From NCBI GenBank assembly GCA_000388065.2, contig KB932207.1: DNA of 24,939 bases. One strand, written 5' to 3'. Shown here in pieces: positions 11,201-21,268 of this stretch; position 1 is the stretch's first letter, and every line of letters starts with the position of its first letter. This DNA comes from Fonticula alba ATCC 38817. Taxonomy: Eukaryota > Protista > Nucleariida. The translations under genes and the position numbers were made by a program. The notes under the pieces are model-generated. The model searched no databases. It had not been told where the DNA came from and worked only from the letters and a program-made list of their open reading frames with translations.

Positions 11201-12659
11201 TTGTGCGCGTGGGCCGCGGCAGAGGAGGCCGGGCGCAAGAGGAGGGGCGGGGGGAGGATTGTCCGCCCCGGCCGCCCCCCTCCCCCGTCCGTCCGTCCGT
11301 CCGTCCGTCTCCCGCACGCTGCACGGCGACCTCCCCTTCCCCCGGCAAAAATGCGTGCCCACACGGACATGCACGCGCGACGCGAGAGTGAGATAATCAA
11401 AATATAGCCACGTGGTTCGCCGTCCGTCTGGGTGTGCTCGGGTCACATGTCGGGTGCTACTTTGCCCTCGTAAAGGCCCTCTTCGGGGGGCGCCCTTCCC
11501 GAGGGGGTTTGACTCCCAAATCTGGCGGGGCTCCGCCCACTCAAGGCGCTTCGACCTGCGCTCCGGCGCGCGCGCGCACGCCCCCTTCTCGAGGGCAGAC
11601 ACACACTTGGGGATCGCCGCGAAATGGGCGTCCAACTGGCCAGCCCATGTGTGACGACCATCCACAGGGCGGTGGGGGGGGGGGGGGGGGAAAAGATGGG
11701 TCAGGCAAAGTAGCACATTAAAGGACATATTATATTGGATACTTCATTTGGGCAGGCGGCCCTACCGTTGCGAGCTTCCTTCCTTGACCGCGGTCAAGGA
11801 GGGCGGGGACCAGGGGGGCCGGGGGAAGGGGGGCGAGGGCCAGCCAGGCCTTTGGGCGAAGGGCGCTCACCGGGGTTCGGTGGGAAAGCGCGCCCCAGGG
11901 CGCTGCGTGGCTCTTGGCACCTAAATGCCTCCCGGCGGAGGGCGGGTCTCGCGCAACCCTGGCCAGGCGTGGAGGGGGCCTGCCGCGGCGGTTTCCCCGA
12001 GCCGGGGGCCACTTGGCCAGCACGGGGACAGGGTTTATGAAATGCAGGCGCCCGGCGTGGGGGGTGCGTTTCTTCCCCGGTGTGCTTCGCCGTGCCCCGG
12101 CCGCTGTCCCCGCCGCGCGCGCGTTCTTTCTCTCGGCCTCTCGCTCTCTACCTATGTTTCGCCGGGTCTCGCGGCGCTTTCTGCTCGCCCACGCTGGTTG
12201 GCAGTTGAGCCTGAGCGTGCGCAGGGTCTTTGGTTCGGAGGGGGGGGGGGGGGGCTGGCTTGCGTGCGCGCCCTCATGGGGCCCTGACCCTGGTAGTGTG
12301 CATGCTGGCTTCTTTGGTGGTGACGAGAGGGAGGGGGGGGGGGGGATGCCCCTGTTGAGCGGCGCCCCCGCCCCTCCGAAGAGTGCGCGTGGGGTCCCGG
12401 AGCATGCCTGTGCTCCGGGGGAGGTACGCTGGGCCGCCGCGTGTGCGCGTGCGGACCCCTCCCGGTCTGTGTGTGTGTGTGTGTGTGCCCCCGTCGTCCC
12501 CCCTCTCCGGCTTCTCGCATTGCAGGGGGGCTTGGAAGCCCGGGCGAGCGTCCCCCCTGGCGTGGCTTCCGCTCGCGTTTGGGCGCGGCCCCCCGCCGGT
12601 GTGTGCTTGGGGCGGCTGCCTCACCGGCGGGCGGGGCCGGACGCGCCCGAGGCGCCAGG

Positions 12660-12696
12660 NNNNNNNNNNNNNNNNNNNNNNNNNNNNNNNNNNNNN
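12660..12696. other. Assembly gap (37 N), followed by a C run
   Basis: N run in the sequence. Confidence 1.
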
Positions 12697-12926
12697 CCCC
12701 CCCCCCCCCCCTGCCCCCCCCTGCCCGCCCCCGCCCGGCACCAGGGCGGACGGGCGCACATTGTGTGCGTGTGTGTGTGTGTATGTGTGTGCGGACCGAG
12801 GGCCCGCGCGTGGACTGGCCCGGGGCCGGCTTGCATGTGCGGGAGAACTCTAAAGAGAAGGTATGCCGGACGCCTGCGTCGAAGGGGTCGGTCTCTCTCG
12901 GTTTTTGATTTCTGTTTTTCCCCCAG

Positions 12927-12947
12927 ACATCATCATACCCACTGAAA
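12927..12947 (+). other. Probable 21-nt non-coding 5'UTR micro-exon of RPS19
   Basis: Preceded by a 66-nt intron (GTATGC at 12861, ending TTTTTCCCCCAG at 12926) and followed by a GTACGC donor at 12948. No ATG inside. The acceptor that abuts the RPS19 ATG is at 13923. Confidence 0.55.
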
Positions 12948-13923
12948 GTACGCCTCTTTTTGCTCCTCTCCCCCTCCCCTGTCTCCTCGTTCCTTTCTTC
13001 CGGTTGTCGGCCGCGCGCGCGCGCCCGCCGGCCGGGCGTTCCCCCCTCCTCCTCTCGGGCCCCTCCCCCTGCCTTCTTCTTCTCCTCTCGCCTCTGCGAG
13101 CGAGTGGGCGTCTCTCCCGTCGCCGCCCCTCCTCGCGCCTGTTCTCTCTCTCCCTCCTTCTCTCTCCCCCTCCGGCGGGGCTGGGAGCTGCTCCGCGCCT
13201 TGGCCGGCTCTCTCTCTCTCCCCCCCCATCCGTGTGCATGTCTGCCTGCCCCCCGGCCCGGTGTCGCTGTTCGATCCCCTCCCTCGTGTGTGGGCCCGCA
13301 TGTCCCCCCCTCCCCGTGTGGTGTGCTTCGTCCTCCCAGGGGGACCCCCCTCCTGCCAGAGGAGGAGGAGGCTCCCATCCCTGCCAGGGTCTCCCCCTTT
13401 TTTCATCGAGCGGCTCCCCGGGCCTGTGGTCTTGCGACACAGCATCTCCTCTCCCCTCCACCTGCGCCCTTGGCCGCGGCGCATTTCCCTCATCACCCCC
13501 CCTCCGGGAGGGGGACGAGGGCAGCCACACTCCTCCCCTTCATTGGCCTCGGCGCAGTTCCCGGCGCGCGCTCATACCGAGTGCATGTGTGTGTGTGTGG
13601 ATGCACTCTCCATCTGCGAGATCATTCCGACCCCAGGGCTGCCTTGTTTGTGCTCCCGCGCTCCCGCACCTGCGCATGCTTTCCTCCCCTGCCTGTGTCG
13701 GCCCTTGTGAGCGTGCATGCCGTGGCCTGTCGTCGTTGCCCAGAAGTCCGGAGCCAGTGCTGTGGTCGACCCCTCATTCTCCTCACCTCTCTGCCCCCCG
13801 ACATATCTCCCCCTTTTACATCGCGCATGCGCGACCCCGACTCATCTCTGACGCCCTTTGCCATCGTTCCTCTCCTCCTTCCTCCTCTCTCTCCCTCTCG
13901 CGCGCGCGCTCCCTCCCTCTCAG

Positions 13924-14686
13924 ATGACTGTCCGTGACGTCCCCGCCCAGGAGTTCATCCACGCCCTCGCTGCCCACCTCAAGAAGACCGGCCAGGTTGC
14001 CGTCCCCGAGTGGGTCGACATCGTCAAGACCGGCAACAACAAGGAGCTCGCCCCGACCAACCCCGACTGGTTCTTCATCCGCACTGGTGCGTACTCTCTC
14101 TCTCCCCCCCCTTCGGCGGCGCCGCTCCTCCCTCTCACCGCCCGCCGCGTGTCCCCCCCCCTCGCCCGCTGCTTGCCTCTGACGCCGACCCTCCTCTCCC
14201 CCTTCACAGCTGCCATCGCCCGCCAGCTCTACCTCAACCACACCATCGGTGTCGGCTCCCTCAAGTCCATCTACGGCGGCAAGAAGCGCCGTGGTGCCCG
14301 TCGCGACATCCGCGTCGACGCCTCTGGTGCCGTCATCCGCGCCTCCCTCAAGGCCCTCGTTGCCCTCAACATCGTTGAGGCTCGCGCCGAGTACGTCCCC
14401 CTTTCCCCGCGTGTTTTCTCTCTCTCTCTCTCTCTCCCCTCCGCCCTGCCGACGGCCAAGTGCCAGGGCGGGCGCGCCTTCCTCTTCCTCCTTTCTCCCC
14501 CTGTCAATCAGCCACGTCTTGTGCGCGCCCCTCTCCCCTTCTGACCCCCTCTTCCGTGTGTCCCTGCCCCGCGTCTCTCCTCCTTCCCCTCCGCGCGCGC
14601 GCCCCCACAGTGGCACCCGTGTCGTCTCCGCCAAGGGTACCTCCCAGCTCGACAACGTTGCCAACGCCGTCCTCCGCAAGAACTAA
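13924..14686 (+). CDS. RPS19: 40S ribosomal protein S19 (eS19), 139 aa; exons 13924-14086, 14210-14390, 14611-14686
   Basis: MTVRDVPAQEFIHALAAHLKKTG..VPEWVDIVKTG..KELAP..PDWFFIRTAAIARQLY..GVGSLKSIYGG..RVVSAKGTSQLD matches eS19. Strongly biased codon use; 420 nt in frame. Confidence 0.95.
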
Positions 14687-15291
14687 ATCACTCCTGTCCT
14701 TGTCGTTGGCTGCCGTCTCGCACGAGAGAGAGGAGAGCATCGCGCTCTGACTGTGGAAATACACTTTGCCAACCCCGGCATCTTGTCTCCCCCTCCGCTT
14801 CCCCTTTTGTGTGGTGTTCTTTTTTGCTGTGTCCCTCTTCTCCCCCTCTTCTCTCTCGCTCTCTCCCTCCCCCTCCCGCGCGCGTGCCTGTGTCTGCGTC
14901 TGTGTGCCCTGTGGCTCCGCGTTTCTCCCCCCATCTCTCTCTCTCTCGTCCCTTCCACCGTCTGCGGCTCCTCAAGGTGCGCGCCCACTCGAAGGGCGTG
15001 GGCGAGGGGCAAGTCCGAGCAGCCGTGGGGGGGGGTTTCTTTTCCTTTGCCGCCGAGGGGGGGGGCGTGGGCGGGGTGGGACAGGCATTTCCGAGGGACG
15101 GCCTTGCGTGTTGCATGCCCGCCCGCCGGACCGGCGTCCAGCCCAGGACCAGGGGAGGGGCTGTGGGGTGGTTATTTTTTTCTTTCGGCCACATGGCGCC
15201 TGGGTTTCCCGCGTGTGCTGGCCCCCCCCGCCCCACCCCGGTGCCGCGCGCGCTGGCCCCTCTCCCCGGGCGGGCGGACAGCGCGGCCCGC

Positions 15292-15292
15292 G

Positions 15293-15343
<51 letters not shown>
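15292..15343. repeat. (TG)n microsatellite
   Basis: About 25 GT units. Confidence 0.9.
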
Positions 15344-15344
<1 letters not shown>

Positions 15345-15762
15345 GCATTGGGCGGGTGTATTGCCACGCCCTTTTCCCCCGGGGGCCACCCCGCCTCCGG
15401 GCGATGCTGCGGTTCTCTCCACACCTTCCTCAGACCCCGCCCATCTGCCTGTCTCTGTCTCCGCCCCCTCTGCTCTTGACACAGCAACGCGCCTATCGCA
15501 AGGAGGGATTTATTCGTTGTTTCAGCCCCCGTATGCTGGGGGGGGGGGGGGCGAGGCTTGTGCTGGTCTCCCACGCCGGGCATCGGAGACAAGAAACGGG
15601 GAGGGGTGCTGGGCGCACGGCGTGGCGCGTCTCTCTCTCTATGTCACCCATTTCCCCTTGCAGCGCTCCCGCCCCTCTCTTCGCACCAGCCCACCACGGG
15701 ATGGGGGGGGGGGGGGGGAGGGGGAGGGGGGCGGGTGTGCACTGGCGCGGGCGCGCAAGATT

Positions 15763-15818
15763 TTTCACTCAAGGCCAACGGGGCTGGCCCGTTGAGCGGT
15801 CATGCGCTTGATCATGCC
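15763..15818 (-). repeat. Diverged direct copy of the NOL6 coding end (paralogous to 16166-16221)
   Basis: TTTCACTCAAGGCC-N21-GGTCATGCGCTTGATCATGCC occurs at 15763 and 16166 with identical flanks and equal spacer length. Confidence 0.85.
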
Positions 15819-16167
15819 CCCCTTACTGCCCCACTGTACCCCCGCCCCGCTGCCTTTTTGCAGCATTGTGCACCACCTCCAAGAGGGGGGGGCGGCGCGG
15901 CGGGGCGGCACCCGGCCGCCGGTGGGGGGGCGCATACACGCGCACACGCGTCGGATCATGCGCAGCAAGTTGAAAGGCGACGAGTGAAAAAAAAAGAGGG
16001 CTGGTTCTCAGGATGCGAGGAATAAATATGATGGTGAATTATTGTCTTGTCTTCCCCCCCCCCCCCACACACCCAGGCCCACCCCGAGATCTCCACGGTG
16101 ACTGGGGGGGGGGGGGGGGGGAGGGGGAGGGGCGCGCATGCGTACGCACACGGTCGTGCCGCCCCTT

Positions 16168-16439
16168 TCACTCAAGGCCGGCAGCCTTGGCCAGGGGCCC
16201 GGTCATGCGCTTGATCATGCCGGCGCCCAGGACGCCAATCGACCCGACCAGGCTGTGCAGGTCGGCGGTCAGCTCCGTGCGAGTGGCCGACGCCGGAGTG
16301 GAGACAAACATGTTGAGGACGGATGCATGGCGCGCGGCGTGGACATTCGGGCGCAGGACCACACCGATCTGCTGGCCACCATGGCGATCGTACAGGAAGA
16401 GGGCCAGCTTGCCATACAGAAGCTTCGGGCCGGGTCGCA

Positions 16440-16478
<39 letters not shown>

Positions 16479-18907
16479 GGCAGGGGGGTCAGTGCACGGT
16501 GGGCGCTTCCTTGCGGCAGCACGGGAGGGTGTTCTCTGCCAGCGGGCATGCAGACATGCGAGGCACATGGGCGCTCCCCGGTGTCCCAGCGCTCGGTGCC
16601 CTTCCGGTACGTACCTCCAGCTCCTTGACAAAGGCAAACACCGGGTCAAAGGCAACCAGGTCCTCATTGCCCGAGCCAACCACCGTGCCCGGCTTGTAGG
16701 TGACGCGCGAGGTGTCGGACGGGAGCCACTGCTTGACGTCCAGGCTCTGGCGCACGGTGGCCGACGCATGCCAGTTCAGGTGGATGACCAGGTCGAAGAC
16801 ATCCAGCGCCGGGCGGAAGAGCCCGCGCAGGTCGAACTGCTTGCTCACCAGCCCGGTCGACTCGGAGGACAGGGCCGACAGCGAGCTGGCCGCCAGCCGG
16901 GCCAGGCGCGCATGGATCACACGCCCACTGGCCGAGGCCCCGGCCGCGGTCCACATCTGCCCGGACGGGTCGTACGAGGAGAAAATCACCACAGCCGGGC
17001 CCTGGAGGTCGGCACCGCGGATCTCCGCGAAGGCTGTGGCCCATGCCAAGCAGCGGGGGAGGGAGGGGAGAAAGATGGACAGAGGGGGCATACCCCCGCA
17101 GTTGCAAAGGTGTCAGCGTCATGGGGGCGCGCGCTGTCGCACACACTCCCACTGATGGGGCAGGGAGGAGGCAGGATGCAAATGGCGGCTCAAAGGGCAA
17201 CGAGATCGGCAAGGCAGGGACCCCCCCCCCTCCCCCCTCCCCGGGAAAGCACGCACTCTTGGAGTAGGCATCCGTCGTGGTGGCGTCGACGACCGGCACG
17301 ACGAGATCGCGCGTGCGGGCAAAGGCAGTGGCACCGCCCGCCGACTGGGCGGCGATCTCAATACGCAGCTGCGCATCGGCCGAGTACTGGTGCGCGTGGT
17401 CGATTTGCTCCAGGGTCGGCAGGATGATCGGCTCATTGGCGAAGTCATGCCGGGCCAGCAGGCGCCAGAACCGGGCCAGGGCCACGATGGCCGATGCCGG
17501 CGGGCTGAAGGGCAGCGGCTGGACGAAGACATGCGCCATCAGCAGCTCGACCACTTCGTGCGGAAGCTGGTCGCTGGCCAGCTGGCAGGACACCCACCGG
17601 GCGGCCAGACGCACCGCGCGGCGATACGCCGGGAACTTGTCCGCCAGGGCGCTGATGAACCCATGGTGCGCCGGCTGGTGGAGGAAGTGCCGCTCGGTGA
17701 AGTGGATGGCCGCCTGCAGGGTCTCGGCGCTGACGTCCGTCGGCAGGGGATCGGACGCCACCTGGCGGGACTTCTTCTGGGCGACCAGGTGCTGCACGCG
17801 GGCGCGCATGGCCGTCAGCTCGGAAGTGCTGTCAATGCGCAGGCGGAAGACAAACCCATCAACATCGACATCCACAAAGCTGGCGGTGACGGCCACCGCG
17901 CGCAGGCCAGCCGGCAGGGTCTCGGCAATGCGCATGTAGAAGGCGGTCTTGGTCACCTCCACGGCCACCGGGTCTTCGGGCCAGCGGGCCGACGGCTCCA
18001 GCCGGATGATGGTCTCCACCGGGTCCACCAGCGACTGGACCGGGGTCAAACCGGCGGCACTGGTCTTCGGCGACGGCAGCCGGACCTGGGCCGCATGCGG
18101 CTCCGGCGGGAAGGGAGCCGTCCCGCGGAAGAGGGCCGAAGTGCTCCGGACACCGAACACCTCCAATGGCAGGTCCATCCCCTTGAGGGCGTGGCTCAGG
18201 GCGTCGAAGGCATTGACCAGGTCCTTGTGAGGCCCGGCCGCCGAGGCGGGCGTGTCGCGCCAGCGCCGCAGGATGGTCGTGTCCCGGGCCGCCGAGTAGG
18301 TGAACCCGGCCCCGGCCAGCGCCGCGGCCGAGGTCAGCCCCTCGTGATGCGACAGCAGGGCCGTGACGGCCTGCTGCACGACCAGGTGCCGGCTGTCCTC
18401 CGGCACCAGGAAGGTGGCCGCCTGGATGATGGACCCGTCCTTGAAGCGGCGCATTTCCGAGTGCGGACCCCACAGGGCGCGGAACTGCTCCACGAAGTCC
18501 GGGAACCCGGCCGACGGACCACGCGACACCAGCCGCGAGGCAAAGGCCGGGTCCAGCAGCAGGCCCCCGGTCAGCGAGCGCGGCTGCAGGGCGCTCGGCG
18601 GCGCGGCGTCCACCTCCCAGGCGGGGACTTGTTCCAGGCGCAGGGACAGGATGATGCACCGGTCGTAGAGGGCGCGGCGCATGACATCGGCCAGGTGCCG
18701 GGCGCTGGTGGTCGCCGCATCCGGGTAGCAAGTGCTCTTGGCGCTGGCAGTGCCGACGGCAAGTCTGGCGCGGGCACGCACAGGCACGCACAGGCACACG
18801 CACAAGTGCACGCACAAGTACACGTACACGCACACGCACAGGTACACGCACAGATACACAAACAGGTACACGCACAGATACACGCACAGATACACACACA
18901 CGCACAG

Positions 18908-18959
<52 letters not shown>

Positions 18960-21268
18960 GATCAAAAGTTGAGGCGAAGGTCAGTCACCAGTTCAATGTC
19001 GGCCAAGGACAGCACGTAGGGGAGGTCATTGTGCAAGACGCACCGGAACATGTTGTCATAACGCAGCGATGCGTCCAGACGCGTGAGGAAGAGCGAGGCA
19101 AACTGGTTGACCGAGGAGTTGAGCATCTTCAGGGAGATGGCCGCCTCATGGGCCACCTCCAGCATGGTGGCCAGGGAGGTCCGGGACAGGATGTTCAGAC
19201 GCCCCGAGCGATCCAGCAGCACCAGCTCGAAGTGCGAGCGGAAGAGCCGGGCCAGGGCCGGGTCAATGCCAGCCGGGGTGTCGGCCCCGGCATTGGCCGG
19301 GCGGAAGGCCAGGGCCTCCTGCGCCGCGTGCGGGACCTCCCCATCACGCAGGTACGCCGGCAGGTCGCCCTGGTTGTACCACTGGTGGGTGGCCACAAAC
19401 TGCAGGGTCATCTGGAAGAGCTGCAGCGAGGACATCTCCCGGCGCACGCGGCCCACATCCAGCAGGTACGCCAGCAGCATGGACATCTGGAAGCCGGTCA
19501 GACCATCAGGCCGGTCGAGCTGGCGCTGGCGCAGCCACACCTTCAGCAGGATGACCGCATCGGCGAAGCCCGCACAGCCGGTGGACATCGTGTGCAGCAG
19601 GTGCAGATTGTCATTCATGAAGATGTCCTCCAGGATGGCGGTGTTGTAGTGCGGCGAGGGCTGGGCCGAGGCTTGGCTGGTGGAGGAGTCGCCGGCGGTG
19701 GCGGCCGTGCTCTTGAAGCCGGCCTGCTGGAGCTCCGGGTCGGCGGACCGCTGGCCATTGCGATCCGGCAGCAGGGCATCCAAGTCAAAGACATCCGCCG
19801 CCACGGACAGCAGCACGCGAATGGTGAAGCCGGTCCGGCGGAAGTTGACCGCCGGGTTGGTGGTCGACGACTTGATGATCAGCACCGGCCGGCGCAGGTC
19901 GCCGGACAGGACGTCAAAGGACACATTCTCCAGTCCGGGAACCTGGCGGATGCCCTCCGCCAGGCAGGCCAGGTAGTAGGCCCGCTTGTGGTGGTAGATG
20001 TGCTTGTGGAAGTGGGTGGCGGAGAAGAGCTCCTACAGGAGGCCGCGGGGAAGGGGGAGGAGGGTGAGTGGACTTGCCCGATTGAGCGGGGGAGGGGGGG
20101 GGGGGCGGGCTTGGGTGGCAGGCTGGAAGCGGCCACCAGAGCGGGGCACCCCCGGCGCGCAAACATACCGATGGCATGGTGATGTTGACGTCGGCGACGA
20201 GCTTCGGCCGGGACACGAGGCCAGGGATGTACCCGCCGACCAGGCTCATGGTCTTCGGCGGCAGGAAGGCCAGATCGTAGTTGCAGTTCGGCACCGCCGG
20301 GAAGGGGACCTGCACACCGGCCCGCTCGAGGGCGAGGTAGGCGCGGGAGGCCTACAAAATGCGCCGGGGAGCAGGGGGGGGGGGGGAACAGAGAGAGAGA
20401 CAGGCAGAGCACGTCGGGTGAGAACGGTCATGGGCCAAATGGGCGCGGAGAGGGCACTCGAGGGCATGGGCACGCGCGCGTGCGCGCGCATGTCTGTCCA
20501 TGCAGCAGCATCAGGTGTGCCTGTCGGTGTGCAGGCAAAGCCCATAGGGCGTACCTTGGTGGCGGGGCGCGCCGGCAGGGCCAGGATGGTCTCCTTCAGG
20601 AGGCGCAGGCAGGCCTCGAGCTTGCTCAGGTCCGCCGGGGCCTTGGACTCCTTCAGGAGCTCCTCGAGCTGTGGCCGGGAAAGGGGGGCATGTTAGCAGG
20701 GGCACCCAGGCGGGCGTATGTGTCCTTACATACACACAGCGAGACTGAGAAGAGGGGGGGCGGGGGGGGGGGGGGGGGGGACAGCGCAGGGCAAGGCCAG
20801 CACCGGCAGCGACGGGCGCACCTGCAGGCGGAAAAGGTTGGACTTGAACAGATTCTCCGTCTCGCGGATCTGGTTCAGCTCCTCGTTGGTGGCCGGGCGG
20901 TAGAGGGTGTTCTTGAGACCGGCCTCATCATCGCTGTCGTCGTCATCATCATCGTCGTCGTCATCGTCGTCGTTGCCACCAGCCAGCATGGAGAGGACAT
21001 CGCCGCCGATGTTCCGCGCGAAGGGGCCGGAGTCGCCGTCGCCATCCGAGTCGTCACCGGCCGAGTCGTCGTCCATGGTGTCGATGAAGTCCCCGGCGTC
21101 GGAATCGCTGCCAGAGTCCTCGGACTCCGAGGGGGGGACGATCTTGGCCCGCTTGGTGCTCGGGGCGATGGGGCGGTCGGTGGCCTTGGCGGATGCGCCG
21201 CTGCCGCCGGCAGACGACCGCTTGGCCACAGCGACGGCGGAGGGGGCCGAGCGCTTCTTCGACGACAT
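16168..21268 (-). CDS. NOL6: Nucleolar protein 6 / U3 snoRNA-associated protein 22 (Nrap family), about 1304 aa; exons 21268-20822, 20668-20555, 20351-20169, 20032-19044, 18764-17257, 17033-16615, 16422-16168
   Basis: ENLFKSNLFRLQLEELL, VGGY..VADVNITMP, YHHKRAYYLACLA, VILLKVWLRQRQL, FWGPHSEMRRFKDGSI-type motif (LWGPHSEMRRFKDGSI), LEPSARWPED, WVSCQL, YGKLALFLYDRHGGQQIGVVLRP are Utp22/NOL6 motifs. Exons sum to 3915 nt in frame. Confidence 0.92.
18775..18957. repeat. (TG)n microsatellite grading into a ~12-bp higher-order repeat (GTGTAYCTGTGC) in NOL6 intron 4
   Basis: Minus strand: pure TG run, then tatctgtgcgtg / tacctgtgcgtg units, then degenerate cacttgtgcgtg / tgcctgtgcgtg units. Confidence 0.9.

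Noticed and set aside
11704-11760. Resemblance to the U6 5' stem (GTGCT..AGCAC-AT) and to the U1 5' end (ATACTT..GGCAGG)
   Set aside because: No ACAGAGA box or U6 internal stem-loop; no U1-70K loop, U1A loop or Sm site.
11914-13937. Several 150-400 aa ORFs on both strands
   Set aside because: Low-complexity translations of microsatellites and C/G runs; some span the N gap; no domain signatures.
17390-20182. 930-aa ORF on + strand
   Set aside because: Antisense shadow of NOL6 caused by GC-rich third positions; it reads through an intronic repeat (HTHTHT) and has no recognisable motif.
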